DNA of 64,000 nt from the human T2T-CHM13v2.0 reference genome, Homo sapiens: NCBI RefSeq assembly GCF_009914755.1, contig NC_060935.1, one strand, 5' to 3'. Under the pieces are notes generated by a model. It made no database searches and was not told the origin of the DNA. It saw nothing but the letters and a program-made list of their open reading frames with translations. The position numbers and the translations under genes were made by a program. Positions 1 through 13,865 of this stretch are shown piece by piece. How positions within the stretch are numbered: the stretch's first letter is position 1; every line of letters starts with the position of its first letter.

Positions 1-279
1 TCCTCTCTCTCACAGAATTAATAAAGCAATCTATCAGGACAAAATGAATAAATATTGTCTTTTCTTTTTCATTTTTTCAAATCATTGGAGGTATTTGGGG
101 GAAAAGGTGACAGCAGGACACTAGGTGTGTTATGAAAGCATGAGCCTATGGGCAAGTTTGGATATGCTTGTCATCCATGACAGGAAATTTTGGCCAGGAG
201 TCAGTTACTCGCCTAGAAAATTAATTGTTAATGTACCTGTGTACTCTTACAGCTTCCACAACTGCACTTTGCTGAAATT

Positions 280-308
280 ACACACACACACACACACAGA
301 CACACACA
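280..308. repeat. (CA)n microsatellite
   Basis: acacacacacacacacaga cacacaca read directly. Confidence 0.9.
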
Positions 309-548
309 TTTGATTGTCACATATCAATGTTAGGCAGTTTTCCTCCTGGGTGTCTTTCTTTATCATTATTATCATCATTGGTATTGTTTCTCCTTCACTT
401 CTGTCTCTTGCAAACCAGATATTTGTTTCCCTCACACAGCACCTGCTTTAGAAATAAAATAAATTACAGAGAAGGAATTAGTAAACTAGATTTGCTCCTT
501 GAAGTGTATAAAAGTTGAGTGTATAAAGGATGGGAAGGTGAGAGAGTT

Positions 549-950
549 TGCTATGGTTTGGATGTGGTTTGTCACCACCAAAATTCATGTTGACATTTAA
601 ATGCCAGTGTGGCGGTGTTGGGGGTGGGGTCTAGTGGGAGGTGTTGGATCATGGGGACAGATCTCTCATGGATAGATTAATGCCGCCTCTCGGGAGTGAG
701 TTTCACTCTTACAGACTTGGTTAGTTACCATGACAACAAGTTTTTCCTTCTCATGTTTCATCTCTTTGGACATTCCCACTCCCCCATCCATTTTCTGCCA
801 TGAGTTGAAGCAGCACAAGACCCTCAGAGATGGGCTGCTCAGTTTGGGACTTCCTGGCCTCCAGAATTGTGAGCCAAATAAAATATTTTTTCTTTATGAA
901 TTACACAGTCTCAGGTCTTCTGATATAGCAACATAAAACAGACTAAGACA
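549..950 (+). mobile_element. MaLR solo LTR (MST family, MSTB/MSTC-like)
   Basis: Starts tgctatggtttggatgtggtttg, ends gactaagaca; flanked by near-perfect 5-bp TSD gagtt/gggtt. Confidence 0.85.
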
Positions 951-1469
951 GGGTTCTCTAGGGTATGAGAGTATGAAGAAAAATTTCTAATTTTCTGGTT
1001 AAAGAAGTATTTTGGGCAAGAATAACAGGTATCCAGAAAGAACTCTTGCAATGAGAAGTGTTGGCTGTCTTTCCTTTTGTTCAGGGGCACTGTCTTTGGG
1101 GACATATTTGATTCCCAGTAGAAGGAAATGGCAATAATGTATAGTTGGATGACACTATCTTCTGCTCCTTCATGCCCCCTTAAGATGTTGTTCACTCTTC
1201 CATTTCAAACATCCAGAACAAGGCAAGCATGGACTTCCTAGGTCTAGGAGGAGAGAGAAAGGTACTGGTTGCTACCTAATACCATTGAATATCTCAGAGC
1301 TGGGAGAATTTCCACTGAGTCTATGTCTGGAGACAGAAATGACTGCTCCATGGTGGGAAGCCAATCTTAGCTCAGGTTCTCGCCATATTTCTGGGGGACT
1401 ACTGCAAGAGCCCCCATCTGGTCTCTCTACCTTCAGATTAGCCCAATCTGAACCACCCTTTACAGTGCA

Positions 1470-1810
1470 CTCAGAGGGATCTTCTAAAATGTGAATCTGA
1501 TGACATCCGCTTGAAACCCTTTAACTAACCTTCTATACTTTTTAGGATAAGATTTGAGACCCTTAACATGCCAAACAATGCCTTCCATGTGTGATTTTTT
1601 TGTTATTTCTCTAGCATCATTTTTCACCCTACACTTGCTGCCCCCAGAGAGACACCTATATCTATTATTTTGGCACTTTAACTGACATTACTTCCCACTA
1701 TTTGTTAAGTTCAATCCTACAGACATTTATTGAGCATTTATTATGTGTCAGGCATTGTTATGAGGCTACCGAGATGAAGAAGACAAAGTCCCTGACCTCA
1801 AGAAACTTGT
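1470..1810. mobile_element. L2 fragments (both orientations)
   Basis: ttctaaaatgtgaatctgatgac... and acatttattgagcatttattatgtgtcaggca resemble degraded L2 3' sequence. Confidence 0.5.
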
Positions 1811-2489
1811 AACATGTGGAATGTTCTTTCCTACCCCATTTTCTGGATGAACAAACTGGCCATCTTTGAAGGCTCAGCCTAAGTGTTGCAGCAGCCTTAA
1901 AGGCCTTTCTGGCCTTGCCAAGACAGAACTGTACCCTGTGCCTATTTCTATAACATCTAGAACACTGCTGCACAAAGCCAGTATGAGATAAAGGAGCTCG
2001 TTCCAGAATTTAAACCAATGCACTGCTTTTTTATAATAAAGAAAGACTTGGTTCCAAAAATAATGTCAGCTAGACTAAACAATGTGCTTAATGGTGCTTG
2101 CTTGTAACAAATACTTTCAGACCAACAGTTGGCCTCTGGACAGCTGAAGGAGAGAACAAATAGAAGGGTAAGATATAGAATTTTCAATATATAGTTGCTG
2201 AGAATTGAGAAATTTAATAATGCAAAAGAAATTTATAGCTAGTAAGCCAACAAAGAAAATAAAATGGGGGCATAAAAGAAATACATATAGGCCAGAAAAG
2301 AAAAGAAGAAGGAAACAAAGAGCAGATGGATAAATAGAAAACAGACAGCAATGTAACAGACTTAAACCCAAACAGATCAATAAATACATTAAGAGTAAGT
2401 TACCTAAACAATCCAATTAGAAGACAGATACTGTCAGATTGTATGAAAAGGGAAGATTCAACTATATGCTGCCCACAGGAAAACCTTTC

Positions 2490-2706
2490 TATTTTTTAAA
2501 TTTTAGATTCAAGTGCTACGTGTCCAGGTTTGTTACATGGATATATTACATGATACTGAGGTTTGGGCTTTCAACTGAACCCATCACCCAAATAGTGAAT
2601 TCAGAGCCCAGAAGATTATTTTTTAATCCTGGCTCCCCTTCCTCCCTCCCCCGTTTTGGACTCTACACTGTCCATTGTTCCCACCTTTATGTTCATGTGT
2701 ACCCAG
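2490..2706 (-). mobile_element. L1PA/L1PB 3'UTR fragment inserted in the older L1M
   Basis: gtgtccaggtttgttacatggatatatt...cccatcacccaaatagtgaa is the reverse complement of an older primate L1 3' end. Confidence 0.75.
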
Positions 2707-2844
2707 TGGGGAAAGCTACTTTAAACATAAAGACATAAATAAGTCAAATTAAATAATAACAAAAGATATACCATACCAACATTGATCAAAATAAGGCTGA
2801 AGTAACTATATTACTATCAGACAAAATAGATTTTCCAAAGCAAA

Positions 2845-3832
2845 ATATATATATTACATTATATATTATGTATAATATATTACATTATATATTATGTATA
2901 ATATATTACATTATATATTATGTATAATATATTACATTATATATTATGTATAATATATTACATTATATATTATGTATATTACATTATATATTATGTATAA
3001 TATTTAATACATAATATTAAATTAAATACTAAATAATATAATATTACATTATATATTATTAAATTAAATTTTATATATCATTAAATTTAATTTAATTTAT
3101 AATTAAATTATATATTATATATAAATTATATGTATTATATATAATAATATATTATATATAATATAATTAATATATATAATTATATATTATTTATAAATTA
3201 ATATAATTTAATTATATATTACATATTAAATATTAAATAATATATTACATTATATATATTTATAATATATTATATTAAATAATATATTACATTATATATA
3301 TTTATATAATATATTAATTATATATTTATACAATGTAATATATTATATATTATATATATTTTATATAATATATATTATATATTTATATAATATATGTTAC
3401 ATATTATATATAATATATATGTTACATATTACATATAATATATGTTACATATTATATATAATACATATTTTATATATTATATATTATACATATTTTATAT
3501 ATATTATATATAATACATATTATATAGTATATATTATACATATTTTTATATATTTTATATATTATACATATTTTATGTATATATTTTTTATATATTATAT
3601 ATTATATATACATTTTATGTATTATATATTTTTATATTATACAATATAAAAATATATAATATATATATTTTACATCTATGATATATATTTTTATATTATA
3701 TATAATATATATCTTATATATTTTTATATATTTTATATATAATATATTTTATAGATTATATATATAATATATTTTTATATATTTTATATATATAATATAT
3801 ATTTTTATATATTTTATATAATATATATTTTA

Positions 3833-3867
<35 letters not shown>
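2845..3867. repeat. ~1 kb AT-rich minisatellite/low-complexity tract ending in (TA)n
   Basis: 26-bp unit atattacattatatattatgtataat in 4 exact copies (2851-2954), then a degenerate TA-rich array and pure (TA)n at ~3836-3867. Confidence 0.95.
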
Positions 3868-3871
<4 letters not shown>

Positions 3872-4912
3872 CAGGGATAATAAGGATCACTTCACAGTGA
3901 TAAAGGGGTTAATTCATAAAGATAAGATAAAATCCAAAATGTTTATTCCCCTAATAACAGAGCCTCAACATACACGAAGAAAATAACTGAATTGCAAGAG
4001 AAATAAACAAATCTACCATCATACTTGAACATTTCAATACTCCTCTTTCAATAATTGATATAACAAATAATTGATATAATAATTGATAGAAAGTAAGAGT
4101 ACATTCAATTTGAGCAATGCTATCAACTAATTTGATCTAAATTGCGTTTACAGAATACAGCTTCCAACAACAGCAAAACACACATTCTTTTCAAAAACAT
4201 TTACAATGTTATACCATATTATTAGCCATCAATACATTTAAAAGGATTCAAGTCATAAAAAGTATATTTTATGACCACAATGAAATTAAATTAGAATTAA
4301 CAACAGAAAGTTCTGTGGAAAAATCCCTTAAATATTTGGGATTTGACTAACGGATTTCTAATAGCTCATGGGTTAAAATAATGGGAAGGTAGAAAGTATT
4401 TTAAATAAAACAAAGATGAAGAAACAACATAACTAAAGAATAAGATGCAGCCAAAACACTACTTAGAGGGAAATATATTAGAAAAGAGAAAGGCTGCTAA
4501 TCAATGATCTTATTTGCTACTTTAAGAAACAAAAAATAAGAGCAAAGGAAAACCAAAGTAACCAAAAGACAGAAATAATACTTATCAGAGCAGAAATTCT
4601 TGAAATAAAAACAGAAAACAATAGAGAAAATTAGTGAAATTAAAAGTTGGTACTATGGGAAGATCAGTAAGATTGACAAACCTCTAGCTAGACTGGTTAG
4701 GGGGAAAAACTCATCGCAAATTACCAATATCAGGAATAAGAGAGGTACCTTCACCACAGATTCTTTAGATTTCAAAAATATAACAAGGGAATGTTAAGAA
4801 TAACTTTTTGCCAATCAATTTACAATTTTAAATAATTAGGCAAATTTTTTGAAATAAAAGAATTACTAAAACTCAAGAAGAAATGAAAAACATAAATATC
4901 CGTATATAAATA

Positions 4913-5067
<155 letters not shown>

Positions 5068-5444
5068 TAAATTTTTAATAAAAAACTTTATCTCAAAGAA
5101 AACTGCAAATTCATTGGAGTAAAGAGTACATCACAATCACAACTTCTTTGTGATGAAGATAACACTGATGCCAAAACTAAAGATACTTCAGGGATAGAAA
5201 ACTAAAAGGCAATATCCTCCATAACGAGAGATGCAAAAATTCTTAACAAAAATTTAAAAAATAAAATCTAACAATATGTAAAATGGATAATGGTTGAGTT
5301 TAACCCAGGAATGCAAAATTAGGTTAACATTCAAACATCAGTCAATGTAATTTACCATATTGACAAGTATTTTTTTAAAAAACAACCATACAATTAACAT
5401 ACACAGAAAAAAAATTATGAAATCTGACATCTATTCCTGATGGG

Positions 5445-6693
5445 TATGAGTCTATCTTGTGTGTTGATGGAATGTGGAACAAACGAGGAGAGAGTAGCAG
5501 GAGATAAAATCAGAGAGATCGCAGGGGGCCATATCATATAGAATCTTGTAAAGACTTCCTTTTTTTCTCTTAGTGACATGAATGACATTGGAGGGATATG
5601 AGGAGAGGAGTGACATTGATTTAATTTAGATGTTAACCAAATTGCACTTTTCGATGTATTGATAACAGACTTGAGAGGTCAAGGACAGGAGCAGACACTC
5701 CATTTGGGAGGCAATTGCAATGATGCATGGCATTTGCCAGACGGTAGTGGTTTGGACAAGGAGTCACACTGGAAATGACAAGAAGTGGTAGGATTCGGGA
5801 TTATAGTTTTTTCAATTTTGAAGAATTGAGTTGAATGTGACACCTATGAGAAAAACAAGCCAAATATTTTTCCAATGTTTTTGTCCTGAGCAAATGAAAG
5901 GATGGTATTACCATTAACTCTGATGGTGAAGACTACAAGAGGAGCAGGTTCAGGGGAGGAGAGGTACTGGAGATTGATATTGAACATATCAAGTTTGAGA
6001 TGTCTATTAGACAGTTACATATAAATATTTTGGTCTTTCTCCCCAGTTCCTGGCGTGGAGTGCCTAAAACCCTTGTATCTCCTGAGCTCAGGACTCTTCC
6101 TTATCTCCCCCACGTACCTCTTCATAGGGCTATCTGTATTTTAGCATAATCTTTATTAAATAATAAACCAGTAAATATAAGTAAGCGTTTCCTTGAGTTC
6201 CGTGAGCCATCCAGCAAATTATCGAACCTGAGGAGGGGATCCTGGGAAGCCCAATTTTATAGCTAGTTGGTCAGAAGTATAGGTGACAACCTGGGACTTG
6301 TGATTGGTATCTAAAGTAGAGGAACAGTCTTGTGGGATTTTGCCCTAACCTGTGGGATCTGCAGTAACACTAGTTAGTGTCAGAATTGAACTGGATTGTA
6401 GGGCACCCAATTGGTACTACTGGCAAATTGCTTGGGAAACACCCACACATTTTGGTCACGGCAGTGTTCTGTGTTAAGTGTGAGAGTAGAAAAAAGTTTT
6501 TTTCCTATATATTATGGATGTCTATTAGACACTCAAGCAGCAATATTGAATAGGCAGTTAGAAATACAAGTCATTATATGTGCATGATGCTAACACAACA
6601 ATAGGGAATGAGATCCCATGGGAGTTAGTGTGGATACAGGAGAGGTCTGAGGATGGAGTCTGTGGGTACTCAACACTTACAAGTTGGGGAAGA
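5445..6693 (-). mobile_element. L2 relic, split by the MER21 LTR
   Basis: ttgtcctgagcaaatgaaaggatgg...aagtttgagatgtctattagaca, resuming after 6517. Confidence 0.7.
6014..6510 (+). mobile_element. MER21-like ERV LTR (MER21C-like), internally deleted
   Basis: ggtctttctccccagttcctggc...aaaaccctt; aataaaccagtaaatataagtaagcgtttccttgagttccgtgagcca; ggtcagaagtataggtgacaacctgggacttg. Confidence 0.7.
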
Positions 6694-7204
6694 AGCTAAC
6701 AACATACTGACAGGATCAAATCAGCATATATTAACCTTGAAAATAAACAGGCTAAGCACCCCACTTAAAAGGCACAGAGTGGCAAGCTGGACAAAGAAGC
6801 AAGATACAACTGTATGCTGTCTTTAAGAGACCTATCTCACATTCAATGACGCCCATAGGCTCAAAGTAAAGGGACAGACAAAAATCTACAAAGCAAACAG
6901 AAAACACAAAAAGAGCAGGGGTTGCTACTCTAACTTCAGATAAAACAGACTTTAAATCAGAAATCATCCAAAAAGACAAAGAAGGGCATTACATAATGAT
7001 AAAGAGTTCAATTCAAAAAGAAGACTTAACTATCCTAAATACATATGCACCCAACACCGGAACACCAAGATTCATAAAACAAGTTCTTAGAGACCTACAA
7101 AGAGACTTAGATAACCACACAATCATAGTGGGAGACTTCAATACGCCACTGTCAGTACTAGGCAGATCATCAAGGCAGAACACTGACAAAAATATTCAAG
7201 ACCA

Positions 7205-7490
7205 GGCTGAGCACGGTGGCTCACGCCCGTAACCCTAGCACTTTGGGAGGCTGAGGTAGGCAGATTGCTTGAGCTCAGGAGTTCAGGACCAGCCTGAGCA
7301 ATGTGGAGAAACTACGTCTTTCTAAAAAATACAAAAATTAGCTGGGTGTGGTGGGTCACGCCTGTAGTCTCAGCTACTTGGGGAGCTGAGGTGAAAGGAT
7401 CACTTGAACTTGGGAGATTGAGGCTGCAGCCAGCTGAGATCAGACCACTGCACTCCAGCCTAGGTGACAAAGTGAGACCTTGAAAAAAGA
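7205..7490 (+). mobile_element. AluJ-type element
   Basis: gattgcttgagctcaggagttc and aggatcacttgaac are J diagnostics; 16-bp TSD aaaaatattcaagacc at 7188-7203 and 7666-7681. Confidence 0.9.
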
Positions 7491-7590
7491 TAAGAAAGAA
7501 AGAAAGGAAGGAAGGAAGGAGAAAGAAAGGAAAGAAAAGAAAAAGAAAGAATGAAAGAAAGAAGGAAGGAAGGAAGGAAGGAAGGAAGGA

Positions 7591-7646
<56 letters not shown>

Positions 7647-7665
7647 AAAGAAAGAAAGAAAAGGG
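7483..7665 (+). repeat. (GAAA)n/(GGAA)n compound STR derived from the Alu tail
   Basis: Direct reading of ~180 nt of near-pure purine sequence. Confidence 0.95.
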
Positions 7666-8579
7666 AAAAATATTCAAGACCTGAACTCAACTCTAGACTC
7701 AATGCACCTAACAGGCATATACAGAACACTCCACCCATCAACAGCAGAATATACATTCTTCTCATCTGCACATGGCACACACTCTAAAAATCCATCACAT
7801 AATCAGCCATAAAACAATTCTCAACAAATTAAAAAAAAAATCATACCAACCAGACTCTGGGACCACAGTGCAATAAACAGAAATCAATACTAAGATGTCT
7901 CAAAAATCATATAATTACATGGAAATTAAACAACCTGCTCCTAAATGACTTTGGGGTAAACAATGAAATTAAAGCCAAAATCAAGAAATTATTTGAAACT
8001 AATGAAAATAAAGATGTGACATACCTGAATCTCGGGGACACAACTAAAGCAGTGTTAAAAGGAAAGTTTAGAGTGCTAAATGCCCATATCAAAAAGTTAG
8101 AACGATCTCAACAACCTAATATCACACTGAGAGTAACTAGAAAAATAAGAGAAAACCAACCCCAAAGCTACCAGAAGAAAATAAATAACCAAAATCAGAG
8201 CTGAACTGAATGAAATTAGGACACAAAACACCATACAAAAGATCAATAAAACCAAAAGATGGTTCTTTGGAAGAATAAATAAGATTGATAGACCGCTAGC
8301 TAGACTAATAAAAAAATAACAGACTATCCAAATAAACAAAATTAGAAATGACAAAGGGGACATTACCACTGACCCTAGATATACAAAAACCTCAGAGACT
8401 ATTATGAACACCTTTATGCACCCAAGCTGGAAAACCTAGAAGAAATGGGATAAATTCCTGGACAAAGACAACCTCCCAAGATTGAATGAGGAAGAAACTG
8501 AAACCATGAGCAGATCAATAACAAGTTCCAAAATTGAATTAGTAATAAAAAGCCTAACAATTAGAAAAAGCTTTGGTCT

Positions 8580-8874
8580 GGCCAGGCACAGTGGCTCACG
8601 CATGTAATCCCAGCACTTTGGGAGGCCGAGGCAGGTGGATCACAAGGTCAGGAGATCGAGACCATCCTGGCTAACACAGTGAAACCCCGTCTCTACTGAA
8701 AATTCAAAAAATTAGCCGGGTATGGTGGTGGGCACCTGTAGTCCCAGCTACTCAGGAGGCTGAGGCAGGAGAATGGTGTGAATCTGCAGGCAGAGCTTGC
8801 AGTGAGCCAAAACTGTGCCACTGCACTCCAGCCTGGGCAACAAAGCGAGACTCTGTCTCGAAAAAAAAAAAAAA
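8580..8874 (+). mobile_element. AluY-like
   Basis: gatcacaaggtcaggagatcgagaccatcctggctaacac and agaatggtgtgaa...gagcttgcag are Y diagnostics. Confidence 0.88.
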
Positions 8875-9262
8875 CAACTCTGGTCTAGACGGATTCACAG
8901 ACAAATTCTACAAGGTATATAAAGAAGAGCTGGTATCAATCCTACATAAACCATTCCAAAACATTGAGGAAGAAGGACTCTTACCTAACCCATTCTATGA
9001 GGACAGCATCATTCTGATACCAAAACCTGGCAGAGACACAACAAAAAAAGAAAACTTCAGGCCAATATCCTTGACGAACATAGATGCAAAAATCCTCAAG
9101 AAAATACTATCAAATTGAATCCAGCAGAACATCAAAAAGCTAATCCACTATGATCAAGTAGGCTTTATCCCCGGGATGGCAGGTTGGTTCAACATATGTA
9201 AATCAATAAATGTGATTTATCACAGAAACAGAACTAAAAACAAAAACCACATGATCATGTCA

Positions 9263-9624
<362 letters not shown>

Positions 9625-11624
9625 TTAAAAACCCTCCCCAAATTAGGTATTGAAGAAACATACCTCAAAATAATAAAAACCATCTATGACAAACCCACAG
9701 CCAACATCACACTGAATGGGCAAAAGCTGGACACATTACCCTTGAACTGGAACGAGACAAGGATACTTACTCTCACCACTGCTATTCAACATAGTACTGG
9801 AAGTCCTAGCCAGAGGAATTAGGAAAGAGAAAGAAATAAAAGGCATTCAGATAGGAAGAGAGGCAGTCAAACTATCTCTCTTCACAGATGGTATGATTTT
9901 ATACCTAGAAGACCCTTAGTTTCTGCCCAAAAGCTCTGAGATCTGATAAAGAACTTTAGCAAAGCTTCAGGATCAAAATTGATGTACAGAAATTCGTAGC
10001 ATTTCTATATACCAATAACATGCAAGCTGAGATCCAAATCAAGAATGCAATCCCTTTCTCAATAGCCATAAAAAATAAAAAAATACCTAGTAATACAGCT
10101 AACCAGAGAGGTGAAAGATCTCAACAATAAGAATTACAAAACACTGCTGAAATAAATGAGAGATGACATAAACAAATGCAAAAACATTTCATGCTCATGA
10201 ACAGGAAGAATCAATAGTTTAAATGGCCATACTATCCAAAGCAATTTACAGATTCAATGTCATGCCTATCAAATCACCAATGACATTTTTCACAGAATTA
10301 GGGGAAAAAAACATTCTAAAATTCACGTGAAACCAAAAAAGAGCTCAAGTAGCCAAAGCAATCCTAAGTGAAGATAACAAAAGCAGAGGCACCACACTAC
10401 TCAACTTCACATTATACTACAAGGCTACAGTAACCAAAACAGCATGGTACTGGTACAAACACAGACACCTAGACCAAAAGAACAGGTTAGCCAACTCAGA
10501 AATACAGCTGCACACCTACAACCATCTGATTTTCGACAAAGTTGACAAAAACAAGCAATGGGCAAAGGACTCTCTATTCAATAAATGGTGCTGGACTTCA
10601 ATGTAGTATCTCAGACTATAAAAACCCTAGAAGAAACCCTAGGAAATATCATATGGACATTGGCCCTAGCAAAGATTTCATGACGAAGACACCAAAAGTA
10701 ACCACGACAAAAACAAAACTTGACATATGGGACCTAATTAAACTAAAGAGCTTCTGCACAGCAAAAGAAAGTATCAACAGAGCATATGACCAACAAGCAT
10801 ATGAAAAAAATGCTCAACATCACTAAGCATCAGACAAATGAAAATTAAAGCCGCAATGAGATAGCATCTCACACCAGTCAAAATGGCGATTACTTAAAGG
10901 TTAAAAAATAACAGATGCTGGCAAGGTTGCCGAGAAAAGGGAACACTCATCCACTGCTGGTGGCTGTGTAAATTAGCCCAGCCATGGTGAAACGCAGTTT
11001 GGCAATTTCTCAAAGAATTTAAAACAGAACTACCATTCAACCCACCAATCCCACTGTTGGGCATATGCCTAAAGGGATATAAATTGTTCTATCGTAAAGA
11101 CAGATGCACTTGTATGTTCACTGCAGCACTATTCACAATAGCAAAGACACAGAATCATCCTAAATTCCCATCAAGAGTGGACTGGATAAAGAAATTATGG
11201 TACATATACACCATGGAATTCTATGCAGCCATAAAAAAGAACAAGATCATGTCCTTTGCAGCAACATGGATGGAGCTAGAGGCCATTATCCTAACTGAAC
11301 TAACACAGGAACAGAAAACCAAACACTGGATTTTCTCACTTATAAGCGGGAGCTAAACATTGAGTACACATGGACATAAAGAAGGGAACAATAGGCACCA
11401 GGGCCTACTTGAGGGTGGAGAGTGGGAGGAGGGTGAGAATTGAAAAGCTACCTGTCAGGTACTATGTTTATTACATGGGTGATGAAATAATCTGTACACC
11501 AAACCCCCATGACAAACAATTTACTCATATAATAAACCTGAACATGTACCCCCCTGAACCTAAAATAAAAGCTGGGGGGAAAAAAGAAATTGGAGAGAAG
11601 AGAGCCTCCCTTCCTGAAGATAAT

Positions 11625-11770
11625 AGCCTTCGTGTATGCCAGACACTGTTATAAGCATTTTACACATTATGGCTCATTTAGTGCTGAACCTGTATATAGG
11701 ATGTAGGTTGACAAAACTGAGGCACAGAAAGCATAAGTAACTTGCTAAGGGTAAGAAAGATTGTAAGAAT
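11625..11770 (-). mobile_element. MIR
   Basis: aaaactgaggcacagaaagcataagtaacttgctaagg core. Confidence 0.65.
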
Positions 11771-11899
11771 AGAAGCAAACACTACTGAAGGGAAGACAAC
11801 AGGACTCAGACACATTGAGATGAGGACCAAGTAAAATTGATTTACACCATATACAGGCAAATGGGATGCGCTGATAGAGCTCCTTTTATTAAAAATTCT

Positions 11900-12840
11900 G
11901 CAGGAATAAAAGAAAATTCATGGCAACTATGCAGAGAGGTTAACACAAAAAAGAAGAGGAAATATAGTATAAACGGGAAAGTGAAAAATCCATCCTGAAA
12001 TCTAATATAAGCCTAAGAAATAGGGAAAAAATCTAAGACAAGTATTTTGTATCTAGAAAAAAACAAGGAAACATGAATTCATTGAAACAAAAATAAATAA
12101 ATACTTAGATGAGACAATAAAATAAGATGGAAAAATGGTAGTTACAGAGCTAAGGAAAAATTGCAGATCAAAACAGCAATTACAGAGTTAAGTAAATTTG
12201 AAAGAGCAAGAAACAAAATTAACAGTCAAATATTAAATTCATCACATTCAAAAAAGCTTGAGATAATCATAGAAGGAGTGTAGGGAAAAGACAATAAAGT
12301 CGAAATGGTTAGGATGAAGATTAAGCTATGAGGGATAGATAATGATCTACCTATGGGTCCTTGTTTCCCCAAAAGAAAGACTACAATGCATGAAATACAA
12401 AAAATATCCACCAGTATAAAAGAAAAGAAAGAAAGAGCTGGCTAGGAAATTGAAAGGGCTCTCTGGATTCTGGGAAGAAGTGATAGTGCTGGCTCAACTC
12501 TGAGACATACTTGATGAATTTACTACACTTCAAAGTAAAAGAAAATGGTCTCATGTATCCAAGAACAAAAAGCAATCCACTTACAATGGTGGGGTAGGGC
12601 TGGGAGAGGACCCTGAGAATCAGGCAGCATTTGATGGAAGAAAATGATAAAACAGTGAACACAAAGTTCTGAGGAAAAGAAAGTGGAACATGACAATTTC
12701 CTACCATACAAGTTCTTGTTAAATCAGATACAGCAGTCAAACATATAAACACTGAGAGAACATAAAACCCGCGAGCCCTTCTTGTAAATGAAAATGAAAC
12801 ACACTGACCCAAGAGATGAATCGAAGTAGATTTCAGAAAT
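11900..12840 (+). mobile_element. Ancient L1 ORF1-like/HAL1-like relic
   Basis: A-rich, degenerate ORF1-like segments (gaaattgaaagggctc, actctgagacatac, cacttacaatgg). Confidence 0.4.
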
Positions 12841-12885
12841 GGATTGGTGTTGGCATCAGAATTCTTCTCATAGAGGGCATTTTCC

Positions 12886-12916
<31 letters not shown>

Positions 12917-12939
12917 GATAAGCTTCTGGGGGTAGTACA

Positions 12940-13372
12940 GAGTTCCATACCTTCAGACTTTTCCATATCTGTATATTATTCCTCCTGTTATTTAGTTAAT
13001 ATGTTTCTTTAAACTAACTCACTTTTTAATTTAGATTCATATGTTTACAAAGGAATCTTGCAATCACAAGCCTAAAAGAAAAATTGGCATCACTTATGGT
13101 AAATAGAAGGTAGCCAAGCATAAAAATAAATTCAGCGAAACCAAAACAATGTTATTAATATAACCAGATATCGTCGCCAGCTTTAAGAAAGCCAAAGCTG
13201 AAGCTTGCTTTCTCTTTCATAAAAAGAGAGTTTGGTACGTGCTAGATGTTATATGCTTATTCTCACCAAACAGACTGTCTTTGACTAATTCATCTTACTA
13301 CTAAATAGAGTGTATTGTGCGATTCAGTGAAATTTAAAGCTGTGTTCTTGCATCACCTTAAATCTCACTTTG
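12940..13372. mobile_element. hAT-Charlie-type DNA transposon relic (Charlie4-like)
   Basis: aaatagaaggtagcc...aaaacaatgttattaa...caccaaacagact resembles remembered Charlie4 consensus. Confidence 0.5.
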
Positions 13373-13374
13373 GG

Positions 13375-13743
13375 TGCTGTGAGTGGAATTTTTGTGTGTC
13401 TTTTCCCTCCTTCAAATTCATCTGTTAACACCGTAACCGCTAATGTGATGGTGTTAGGATGTAGGCTGTTTGGGAGGTGATTAGGGAGCAAGAGTGGAGC
13501 CCTCACGAGTGGGAGTCGTGCCCTCATGAAGGGATTTTAGAGGCTCCCTCACCCACCTGCCATGTGAGGACGCAGGAGAGGATGCCATCTGTGAGCCAGG
13601 AAGCAGCCCTCACCAGACACCGAATCTGCCAGTGCTTTCATCTTGGCCTGCCAGCCTCCAGAGCTGTGAGAAATACATTTCTGACGTTTAAGAGCCACCC
13701 TGTCTATGGTAGTTTGTTATAGCAGCCCAAATGGACCATGACG
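13375..13743 (+). mobile_element. MLT1A-type MaLR LTR
   Basis: tttgggaggtgattagg...gccctcaccagacaccgaatctgcc...tgtgagaaatacatttctg...ttgttatagcagcccaaatggac. Confidence 0.85.
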
Positions 13744-13865
13744 GGGGAAACACAAATAGAGGGTAAGACCCTATAAACACAGAAAATGGAAAACCACCCT
13801 GCATGGGACAGGTTTGCTCCTCCTAAGGAAAAGATGAGGAGCTAGAAAGGGGAAAGGGGAAGGGG

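Noticed and set aside
2851-2954. Regular 26-bp repeats as a CRISPR-like array
   Set aside because: Head-to-tail with no spacers; eukaryotic minisatellite
3419-3649. Tyr/Ile-rich ORF
   Set aside because: Translation of the AT-rich repeat
7312-7787. Phe/Leu/Ser- and Lys/Glu/Arg-rich ORFs
   Set aside because: Translations of the GAAA STR and Alu
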